A DNA stretch of 64,000 nt. It comes from a candidate division CPR2 bacterium GW2011_GWC2_39_35 (GTDB lineage: Bacteria; Patescibacteriota; CPR2). Both the position numbers and the translations under genes were made by a program. Shown in pieces: positions 56,658-64,000 of the stretch (position 1 is its first letter; every line of letters starts with the position of its first letter). The notes beneath the pieces are model-generated. The model was not told the DNA's origin, did no database searches, and saw only the letters and a program-made list of their open reading frames with translations. The DNA lies in contig LBWX01000002.1 of NCBI GenBank assembly GCA_000995065.1, positions 159,708-223,707 on the forward strand. Reading direction: 5' to 3'.

Positions 56658-57605
56658 ATGTCCAACAACTTCTATCACATCCCCGTCCTCCTCACCGAAA
56701 CCATCGAAGCCTTAAACCTAAAGTCCGGTTTAACAATTGTCGACGGGACGCTTGGCGGCGGCGGGCACGCCAAACTTATTTTAGAGAAGATTTTGCCTAA
56801 CGGCCGGCTTATCGGTATTGATCAGGACGCCGAAGCTCTAAAGGCTGCAAAAGAAAATCTGGAGGATTTTAAGGAAAACACGGTTTTTGTGCATGATAAT
56901 TTTCGCAACTTAAATCAAATTTTAGACAGCTTAGGGATAGAAAAGGTTAATGGGATTCTTTTAGATCTTGGGGTGTCGATGCATCAGATTATGTCGTCTC
57001 TAAGAGGCTTTAGTTTTGCAGGATTTGAGGAGAACTTGAACGCACCGCTCGACATGCGGATGAATCGGGATAATCCCATTACCGCAGAAAATATTCTAAA
57101 TGAGTATGGCGAGGCTGAACTTGAGGAATTATTGAGGAAGCTAGGCGAAGAACGTTTCGCAAGGTCAATTGCCAAGATGATTGTCTTAAAGCGTCCCCTA
57201 AAGTCTGTAAACGCCCTCTTAGAGGCTATTAAGGCCGGTACGCCGCCTAAATACCGATTCGGTAAGCCTACGGCAGCTTGGGCGGGCAACGTATTTAGGG
57301 CCGTAAGAATGGAAGTAAATGAAGAGCTAGAAGTAGTTAGGGAAGTTTTAGATGTAGCGCTTAATCGGTTAAATACTGGCGGTCGGCTTGCCATCATCAC
57401 TTTCCATTCCTTGGAAGATCGAATTGTTAAGCAGACCTTTAAGAATTGGGCAGAAGAGATAAAACCGCAGCCGGGGTTTGGCGTTACGCAAAAGAAGGCG
57501 ATAGCAAAAATTGTCACCAGAAAACCAATTTTACCAACAGCCGATGAAGTAAAATCCAATCCTGCTTCTTCCAGCGCCAAGCTTCGCGTTGTTGAAAAAA
57601 TTTAG
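56658..57605 (+). CDS. rsmH: 16S rRNA (cytosine1402-N4)-methyltransferase RsmH (MraW)
   Basis: FYHIPVLLTETIEAL...VDGTLGGGGH N-terminus and ITFHSLEDRIVK motif. Confidence 0.9.
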   Translation: MSNNFYHIPVLLTETIEALNLKSGLTIVDGTLGGGGHAKLILEKILPNGRLIGIDQDAEALKAAKENLEDFKENTVFVHDNFRNLNQILDSLGIEKVNGILLDLGVSMHQIMSSLRGFSFAGFEENLNAPLDMRMNRDNPITAENILNEYGEAELEELLRKLGEERFARSIAKMIVLKRPLKSVNALLEAIKAGTPPKYRFGKPTAAWAGNVFRAVRMEVNEELEVVREVLDVALNRLNTGGRLAIITFHSLEDRIVKQTFKNWAEEIKPQPGFGVTQKKAIAKIVTRKPILPTADEVKSNPASSSAKLRVVEKI

Positions 57606-57697
57606 ACAGCAGTTGGTTGAAAATATTTAAGCTTAGTTAATAAATTTACTATAATTAAACGCATCGTGAACAACTTAAGTGTTCAAGAATGACTAGG

Positions 57698-57815
57698 AAA
57701 TGTCAAATGACAAAGCTCAAATGTCAAATCAATTTTAAAAAATCTAAATGTTAAAAATTTAGGCATTTAGTCATTAATTATTCATTTGAGATTTAGATTT
57801 TGACATTTGGATTTA
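57698..57815. repeat. Family-X inverted-repeat element between convergent rsmH and BON-domain genes
   Basis: aaatgtcaaatgacaaagctcaaatgtcaaatcaa...catttgagatttagattttgacatttggattt. Third copy of the family. Confidence 0.55.
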
Positions 57816-57820
57816 ACAAA

Positions 57821-58108
57821 TCATATCCCCTCTATCTCTATCTCATTCATGACATCTCTGACTCCCGGAGTGTCCCAGGCATCGTCGCCGGCCGCTCTTT
57901 TTTCCAGTTGATTTTGGACCGTGCCTTTTAAAGTTACAATGCCTTCTTTTACAATAATATCAACCTTGCCAGAATCAACCCACGAATCCCAGAACAAGAT
58001 ATCTCTTACTAAAGTATCAACCTCCTCGTCATCTAAAATATCCGGCTGGGTAAGGCGAGAAAAATAAGGGCCATAAAAGTATAAATAATACCTTTGATCG
58101 TTGTTCAT
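57821..58108 (-). CDS. BON-domain protein (OsmY-like)
   Basis: VDIIVKEGIVTLKGTVQNQLEKRAAGDDAWDTPGVRDVMNEIEIE matches the BON pattern (V.V.V..G.V.L.G.V......A...A....GV..V.N.I). Confidence 0.55.
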   Translation of the reverse strand: MNNDQRYYLYFYGPYFSRLTQPDILDDEEVDTLVRDILFWDSWVDSGKVDIIVKEGIVTLKGTVQNQLEKRAAGDDAWDTPGVRDVMNEIEIEGI

Positions 58109-58195
58109 CTTCCTCCTTTAGGTGTTTTTACGTAATGCTAGTATAAATACCACTTAAAAGTTATACTTTAATCAAAATAACAAACTTCTTGGGGT

Positions 58196-59365
58196 GTGAT
58201 GAAAAAAATTTTTGGTTACGTTTTGGGGCATCAGCCAAAACTTTCGATAGAAGAGATAAAAAGCGTTTATATAAGTCAAAGATTAGAGTTTGAGCCAAAG
58301 GATGATTCAAGGGAAGTTTTTGTATTAGAAAGCGAAAGCGACGTCTTTCATCGTTTGGCAGGGAGCATTAAACTATTTGAAGTAAAAAAAGTCCTGAGTC
58401 TAAATGATTGGCGACCTAAGGTTTTAGGTTTAGAGGAAGAGGTTGCGGACTGGATCGAAAAAGAAGGTAAGATTGTGTTTGGAATAAGCGCCTATAGCGC
58501 TAAAAATGAAAAGAAGCTAGTAATAAATTTAGGTAAAAAGGTAAAAGAGAGTTTGAGGGCGCGGGGTAAAAATTCTCGGCTTATTATCCCGAAAGAAGAC
58601 GACCTATCTTCGGTTTCGGTTGATAAAAATAAGATGCTTTCTAAGGGCGGCGAGGTAATTATTTTTGCGTCCAGACAAAAAGTTTATCTGGGGCTTACCT
58701 TAAAGGTACAAGATTTCGAGATGTTTGCAAAGCTCGATTACGGAAGGCCTAAAATAGATGCGGTTTCCGGGATGCTGCCGCCTAAGTTAGCTCAGATTAT
58801 GGTGAACCTAACCGGTATCCATCCTAAGGGTAAAAATCTTCTCGATCCTTTTGTGGGTAGCGGCACAGTTTTGCAGCAAGCGGCTTTTTTGGGTTTTAAT
58901 GATCTTACAGGTTCGGATATTTCCGAAAAGGCCATTGAAGACTCAAAAACTAATCTTTCCTGGTTTAAAAATAAGTTACCGGACATTCATTTTAAATCTG
59001 AGCTGTACAAAAAAGATGTTCTAAAAATTGCCGAACTTGGGAAAAGTTTTGATGTTATTGTTTCGGAAGGTTATCTGGGACCACCATTAAAAACCGGGGT
59101 TGGTGTGGATGAAATCCAGAGAAATGTTAGGGAGCTTCAGCTCTTTTACGAAAAGGCTTTTATACAGATCGCCAAGGTTTTAAAAATGGATGGGGTTATG
59201 GTGATGGCTATTCCTTTCTTCTGGCTTCAAAATAGAGAGATTTTCTTGGAAGTTAAGATTCCTGATACCCTTAGACTCATAAAAAAGGATTTAAAATACA
59301 AGAGGCCGGATCAGATTGTGGGAAGACAAATTTTCATCTTAAAGAAGGGATACTTACATGCCTAG
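58196..59365 (+). CDS. Putative RNA N2-guanine/N6-adenine methyltransferase (UPF0020 / Trm11-RlmL-like)
   Basis: SAM motif I LDPFVGSGTVLQQAAFLG. Motif IV-like region (VSEGYLGPPL). Confidence 0.6.
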   Translation: MMKKIFGYVLGHQPKLSIEEIKSVYISQRLEFEPKDDSREVFVLESESDVFHRLAGSIKLFEVKKVLSLNDWRPKVLGLEEEVADWIEKEGKIVFGISAYSAKNEKKLVINLGKKVKESLRARGKNSRLIIPKEDDLSSVSVDKNKMLSKGGEVIIFASRQKVYLGLTLKVQDFEMFAKLDYGRPKIDAVSGMLPPKLAQIMVNLTGIHPKGKNLLDPFVGSGTVLQQAAFLGFNDLTGSDISEKAIEDSKTNLSWFKNKLPDIHFKSELYKKDVLKIAELGKSFDVIVSEGYLGPPLKTGVGVDEIQRNVRELQLFYEKAFIQIAKVLKMDGVMVMAIPFFWLQNREIFLEVKIPDTLRLIKKDLKYKRPDQIVGRQIFILKKGYLHA

Positions 59366-60152
59366 AAGAAAAATCAAAATTTCACCTAAAGCTAAGAATG
59401 CTTATATTATTTTTGCGAGCGTTCTAATCATTGCGTACCTAGTTAACGGCTATATTTTGGGGCTTGGAAATTTAAAATTTGCAAGCGAAGCAGAATCTAT
59501 TTTTATGGAGAGTGAAAAATATTGGAAGGCGACTGATTTGGTAAATGGGGGAAGCATCGATCTTGCAAAAGACGACGAGTTTTTTAAAAAAATGAATTCC
59601 GTCTCTAAGGACTCTCTAAAAACAATGGAATCATTTAAACCGCCAAAGAGAGGACTTGCTTTACAAAAAGAGCTTAAGGAATATTTCGAGATTTCCGATG
59701 AAATTTCGGCCAATTCTTTGGCAATTTCCGATTATGTGCAAAAGGTTCAAAAGGTAAATAAAGATATGGAAACAGCTGGCGCTTCCGGGACAGACCCCTT
59801 AGGAGACTTAGAAAAATGGAGAGTGATGATAGGAGAGGATCTTCAGGTTGTTAATAAAGCAGATCCTAAGCCATCCTTTAAAAAGACAAATGAGGCGCTT
59901 TTAAAAGACTTAGAAAACATTTCTGTAAAGCTTGATGATCTTATAAGGGCGATTAAAGAAAAAAATCAGGACAACGTAAAGAAAGCCACTGAGGACATTG
60001 GTATTCTTAAATTCGAATCAGTGTCGCCAACTTCCACGGAAATTTTAGAAGACATCATCTCTCCCCAAAAATTAAATGGCTTTAGGGATTTGGATGTAAG
60101 GATTAAATCATCAATCAAATCCCTAAAGAGAAGCCGGCTGGTTTTGTTCTAA
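59358..60152 (+). CDS. Membrane-anchored helical protein, unknown function
   Basis: N-terminal TM (AYIIFASVLIIAYLVNGYILGL), then a K/E-rich helical domain. Overlaps the methyltransferase stop by 8 nt. Confidence 0.4.
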   Translation: MPRRKIKISPKAKNAYIIFASVLIIAYLVNGYILGLGNLKFASEAESIFMESEKYWKATDLVNGGSIDLAKDDEFFKKMNSVSKDSLKTMESFKPPKRGLALQKELKEYFEISDEISANSLAISDYVQKVQKVNKDMETAGASGTDPLGDLEKWRVMIGEDLQVVNKADPKPSFKKTNEALLKDLENISVKLDDLIRAIKEKNQDNVKKATEDIGILKFESVSPTSTEILEDIISPQKLNGFRDLDVRIKSSIKSLKRSRLVLF

Positions 60153-60231
60153 AACTTCATGGCTAATATAGGTAAGGTTAATCTCTCTTAACAGATAATA
60201 CACGACCGCGGATTATTTGCCCGGGTTTATT

Positions 60232-60357
60232 CTACTCCCTTCCCACTAAGACACGATATAATATTCTTCGACCTTGTGGAGAAGTACATTAATGTAATTC
60301 TCCACTCCGTTTCACTTCGCTCGAATAATATATCACGGAATGGCGGGAAGGGAGTAG
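60232..60357. repeat. ~125-bp nested palindromic element
   Basis: Outer 13-bp perfect inverted repeats CTACTCCCTTCCC / GGGAAGGGAGTAG enclose inner inverted repeats (gtggagaa / ttctccac; ttcgac / cgctcgaa). The inner motif gtttcacttcg...ctcgaa recurs at 20262-20284. Confidence 0.45.
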
Positions 60358-60536
60358 CGATAAAATCAGCTGTACAATTTTGGGAACTAAATTTTAAAAA
60401 ACCTTGTAATTTAAGCATAAGAGGTGTATAATTTTTGATTGTGAAACAGTAGTTTAACATTGTGAGAAAGAAAACCCGCCCGGATTTTTGTTAGTTAAGT
60501 GTTGGTTTAAGAGATGGAAGGGGAGGAAAAGAAAGT

Positions 60537-61400
60537 ATGGCAGTAGCAGTAATTAATGAACTAGGAGTAAACAGTAACAAGAGCAACAAACTAGAGGGCG
60601 CAAGATCGGTATTGATCACATCGGCTTTTATGGCCGATAGGGTAGCTCCAGGGATTGCCCAGGAAGATGGAACATGGCCTTATGTGTTTGCGGCTATCGA
60701 TCCTGACTTCGCGGATTTTTTTGGCGAGTTGGTAGACAATCATAGCTCTTTTCTGGGTAAATCGGGGGGCGAACAAGGGTTTCTGCTAGATATGATCACT
60801 CATGTTGTTGCAAGCAAAGAAAAGGTTGAGCGCATTGTTATTGCAACCACGGCTGATAGCGAAGTCGAGGCAAGATCATTAAGAGATCTTATTGTGAGGC
60901 GTCTCCGAATCTCGCCTCGAATAGTTGCAGTGGAAGTGAGAGTTTTTGAAATCAGCGAGGCGAACCATCGCATGATGCTCGTATGCTGCATCGATGATAG
61001 ATTCATCGAAGAAGCAATGAATCATGTCAAATGCATAGAGCGACAGAAGAACAAAGGATCTGATAATAAAGATTCTGAAATCTGCATCGTTGCCAAACCT
61101 GGCAGCACGCTTGTTTTTGCTGGGCGTATAGGGCAGGAAATACAGTTTGGTTTGATTGACCACTTGGTAGAGTTTGTTGCCAAGTCCTCTATTGACACTC
61201 TTTGCGCCATTGCTCACCGACGGACATGTGCCGCTTACGATTTCATCGATTGCACTGATGAAAATGGGATTGCTGATCTCTTCTCTTTTAAGCGGTATAT
61301 CGAGTCACAGTGCGCGGCCTCTGGCAAGGAAGTGAAAGTGATTATCCTGGTTCAGGATGAAGACGGCTTCTCGGATCCGGTGGAAAAGAATCTGCTTTAG
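60537..61400 (+). CDS. Hypothetical protein with CxDxR and H-x3-C motifs (paralog A of a tandem pair)
   Basis: 287 aa. Contains ...MLVCCIDDRFIEE... and ...IAHRRTCAAY.... The N-terminus (MAV.V...DG..PYV) is alignable with the downstream gene. Confidence 0.5.
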   Translation: MAVAVINELGVNSNKSNKLEGARSVLITSAFMADRVAPGIAQEDGTWPYVFAAIDPDFADFFGELVDNHSSFLGKSGGEQGFLLDMITHVVASKEKVERIVIATTADSEVEARSLRDLIVRRLRISPRIVAVEVRVFEISEANHRMMLVCCIDDRFIEEAMNHVKCIERQKNKGSDNKDSEICIVAKPGSTLVFAGRIGQEIQFGLIDHLVEFVAKSSIDTLCAIAHRRTCAAYDFIDCTDENGIADLFSFKRYIESQCAASGKEVKVIILVQDEDGFSDPVEKNLL

Positions 61401-61557
61401 CTCTGTCGATAGATTAAATTCGCCTTAGAAGCGGGAATATAAGGGTTTGCCAATACGGCTCATATGCTAACGGCAAACCTTTTCGTTTTTGTAGGCAAAA
61501 TAAAACTTTTATGCTATTATTTTAAACTGTAATTAAATTAAAATAAAAGGAGTAAGT

Positions 61558-62388
61558 ATGGCCGTTAAGGTAAAGATAAGCCCATTAGAGCTTAGAGAAG
61601 AAATCAAAAAAAACCGGGAGATAAGTCCGGTAAGAATAATCCTTACAACTCCCGAGCTAAGTGCAAAACTTGCCTTAGAGGCATTCGAGAAAGATGGCCG
61701 TCATCCTTATGTAGTTTCTAATTTTACAATAAGCGAAGGTTTTTTAAGGGAAAAAGAAGATGGCGTTAAAAGCTATGGTCCAACCCAGCTTAAAATTGCG
61801 CTTCATGCCGAAACCATCAAATATATTGATATTGTTTTGCCAAAACACGGCTATGGTTATAAGAAAAGAGAAGCTTCCGAAGACGCTTTAGCTCTAAAAG
61901 AAATGATAGAAAAAGCGATCGGGAAAAGGGCAATTAAAGTGTCGGCCAAAGTGGAAAATATGGAGATAGATTATTCAAAGTTTGATATTGTTATTTATCA
62001 GTGTGTAGATTATCGATTCTTTCTAGAAAATGTGTCTAATTTGATTCTCGAAAAAGGCATGATACCGCTTGTTATTAGTAGTGCCGGTGCTGTTGCTATC
62101 TTAAAGGATAGGGTGAATCCTGATATGAAAAAAAGCATTAAAGATCAAATAATTAGAGCTTTTAAATTATCTGGAGCGAAGCTGTTTCTGATTCTAAATC
62201 ATGGCAATCAGTGTGGCGGTTATAAAAATTGCGGTTGTAGCGGGGCCGAGGCTCTCTCGGATGTGGCGATCGTAAAAGAAATGGCCACAAAAATCCTAAA
62301 GGACGGCGGTTTTTACGGCGTCCAGGTTGTCTCCAGATACCAAACTCTGGATGCATATTATAGTGTGGAGTTTAGAGATATTACATAA
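61558..62388 (+). CDS. Hypothetical protein with beta-carbonic-anhydrase-like motifs (paralog B of tandem pair)
   Basis: 276 aa. Contains VIYQCVDYRFF (C-x-D-x-R) and, 66 residues later, LILNHGNQCGGY (H-x-x-C-G-G), as in the beta-CA zinc site. Confidence 0.5.
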   Translation: MAVKVKISPLELREEIKKNREISPVRIILTTPELSAKLALEAFEKDGRHPYVVSNFTISEGFLREKEDGVKSYGPTQLKIALHAETIKYIDIVLPKHGYGYKKREASEDALALKEMIEKAIGKRAIKVSAKVENMEIDYSKFDIVIYQCVDYRFFLENVSNLILEKGMIPLVISSAGAVAILKDRVNPDMKKSIKDQIIRAFKLSGAKLFLILNHGNQCGGYKNCGCSGAEALSDVAIVKEMATKILKDGGFYGVQVVSRYQTLDAYYSVEFRDIT

Positions 62389-62390
62389 GT

Positions 62391-62610
62391 AAATTTCTAA
62401 TTCCTAATTATTCTAATTAATCTAATAAAGTTCCAATTACGAAATAAATTTTCAATTGTACCATTTTTTAATCTTTATTGAATTTACAATGACGCAATTT
62501 TCAAACATATAACAACGAAAAAATAGTTTGAAGATTGACTACTTAAAAATTGAAAATTAAAATAATTGGGATTTGATTAGAAATTAGGAATTAGAGTAAT
62601 TAGAAATTTT
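62391..62610. repeat. Family-Y element: ~40-bp terminal inverted repeats flanking a 130-bp AT-rich core
   Basis: Left aaatttctaattcctaattattctaattaatctaataaag, right gggatttgattagaaattaggaattagagtaattagaaattt. These are reverse complements of each other. Confidence 0.5.
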
Positions 62611-62686
62611 TAATTTCTTCAAAGAATTGCATCTCTTTTTAAGCTATGTCATACTGGAAAGTAAGCAATTAAAAGGAGGTTTTATA

Positions 62687-63055
62687 ATGCCAAAAATATT
62701 AATTGTTGAGAGCGATGAAGGAACTAGATATTTATATAAAGTGGCGGTTTCTTTTCAGAAGATCGAAGTAGAAGAAGCAGAAAGCCTGGAAGAGGCAATC
62801 GCAATCCTTAAAAATCATAAGTTCGATCTTGTGCTTCTTGATATTATGACCTCAGACTTTGATGACCTCAATATTTTTGAGGAGCTAAAGAAGGCAAAAG
62901 ACGGTATCCCGGTAGTTATTGTTTCCGATTTAAAGAATTCTTCGGCTATGAAACATGCTTCGATTTTAGGAGCTTGTGATTATCTCGTAAAAAGTGAAAA
63001 TTCTGTTGGTGAGATAATTAAAAAAGTTAGATCAATTGTCAATGAAGGAAAGTAA
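62687..63055 (+). CDS. Stand-alone response-regulator receiver (CheY-like REC) protein
   Basis: ILIVESDE...DLVLLDIMTSD...PVVIVSD...K pattern with the phospho-acceptor Asp in LLDIM. AAAAGGAGG ribosome-binding site upstream of ATG 62687. Confidence 0.75.
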   Translation: MPKILIVESDEGTRYLYKVAVSFQKIEVEEAESLEEAIAILKNHKFDLVLLDIMTSDFDDLNIFEELKKAKDGIPVVIVSDLKNSSAMKHASILGACDYLVKSENSVGEIIKKVRSIVNEGK

Positions 63056-64000
63056 CACAAAAGACATCTTTTTAGAATTTGATAGGGCGCAAAAGTTATC
63101 AGGATTAGTTACTGGGGCTTCGCTTCTTATCACAATTATTGGAGTCTACTTAATTCCAGCTGAGGAGGTTTTAAGAACTCAAATTTTAATTGTGATTGCT
63201 CTTGTAGCAATGTTTTCCGGTATCTATTACAATAGCCCGAAGCTTTACTTAAACCCGAAGTTCCGTTTTCTGCCGGATATCGCTTTTCTTACAGCGGGCG
63301 CTTTTTCGGTCTTATCTTCTGGCCATTATGGGCCGTTCTTTTTAATTTTTCTTTTCTTAATTATTACGATAGATGCTTATATTTTTTCTTTAAAGGAATA
63401 CGTAGTCGTTGTTATTGCCAGTCTTATTCTTATTAATGTTGGCAGTATTTTTATTTGGAAAACAAATCCGGGCCTTGCCTTTATAATTCTGATTCAGAGC
63501 TTTAGCCTTATTGGTCTTGCTATCGTGAGCAGGCTCTTTGCCGGTTATTCCCTTAAAGTAAGGGAACAAAAGGAAGCCTTGGAAAAATTAAATAAACAAA
63601 TCTTAAGAGACAAAAGAGAATCGCTTGACCTATTGGATTCTATTGGTGACGGCATTTTATCTATTAACGGTGATGGAAAAATTTATCTTCATAATAAAAG
63701 TTCAGTTGATCTCCTGGGAATAAAAAATTTGGAAGGAAAAAACCTGAATGAAGTTTTTAATCTGTACAGCAGGGATAAGCTTCCGGTAGACATTCTTAAG
63801 GGCATTACCGATAGTTCGCCGCTAATCAGGACAGATCTTTATTATAAAAAAGGTCGACAATGGCTTAGGTTTTATGTTCATTTAAACCCGCTTTTTGCTG
63901 ATGGTGCGCTGATCGGTCTTATTATCCTTTTTAGGGACATTACTAAAGAAAAACAGATGGATGAGCAAAACACGGAGTTTGTGGCCGTAGCATCGCACGA
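63042..64000 (+). CDS. Sensor histidine kinase (multi-TM + PAS + HisKA), 3'-truncated by the window edge
   Basis: ORF open to the window end, with ≥5 TM helices and a PAS-like segment (LDSIGDGILSINGDGKIYLHNKSSVDLLG). It ends in the H-box EFVAVASH. Overlaps the receiver gene stop by 14 nt. Confidence 0.7.
   Translation, partial: MKESNTKDIFLEFDRAQKLSGLVTGASLLITIIGVYLIPAEEVLRTQILIVIALVAMFSGIYYNSPKLYLNPKFRFLPDIAFLTAGAFSVLSSGHYGPFFLIFLFLIITIDAYIFSLKEYVVVVIASLILINVGSIFIWKTNPGLAFIILIQSFSLIGLAIVSRLFAGYSLKVREQKEALEKLNKQILRDKRESLDLLDSIGDGILSINGDGKIYLHNKSSVDLLGIKNLEGKNLNEVFNLYSRDKLPVDILKGITDSSPLIRTDLYYKKGRQWLRFYVHLNPLFADGALIGLIILFRDITKEKQMDEQNTEFVAVASH

Noticed and set aside
60227-60460. 77-aa minus-strand ORF
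   Set aside because: It is coextensive with the nested palindromic element at 60232-60357, and the translation is driven by the repeat sequence. No ribosome-binding site.

Overview
This window is a gene-dense, low-GC stretch of bacterial chromosome, mostly + strand, with short intergenic spacers. Gene content suggests a small-genome, probably monoderm, Patescibacteria/CPR-like organism; this is inference from content only. Recognisable core genes include polA (3' end), mutM, holA, rpsT, nrnA-like DHH, truB, pnp-rpsO, family-4 UDG, RNase J, ftsK, rodZ, yajQ, recA-recX, rpsF-ssb-rpsR, efp, tlyA, ychF, XerC/D-family recombinase and rsmH. A complete type IV pilus locus spans 44.4-55.5 kb: pilM-N-O, a small membrane protein, pilB, pilT, pilC, a pilin, pilD and four minor pilins. 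There is no secretin. An 898-aa cysteine-rich exported protein with a SurA-like N-terminus sits immediately upstream of it. Accessory content includes three NUDIX hydrolases (one NrtR-like), a stomatin-like SPFH protein and a TreT-like GT4 glycosyltransferase. There are also two Ig-like, C-terminally anchored surface proteins, two sensor kinases plus a stand-alone receiver, and two tandem paralogous proteins with beta-carbonic-anhydrase-like CxDxR / HxxCGG motifs. Several families of short palindromic, MITE-like dispersed repeats populate the intergenic spacers. One copy is inserted in-frame inside a metallophosphoesterase gene, as Rickettsia palindromic elements do. Another repeat family directly precedes pilT and the major pilin gene. 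No CRISPR array, rRNA or convincing tRNA was found. A ~500-bp non-coding gap at 18.8-19.3 kb may hold a structured RNA.
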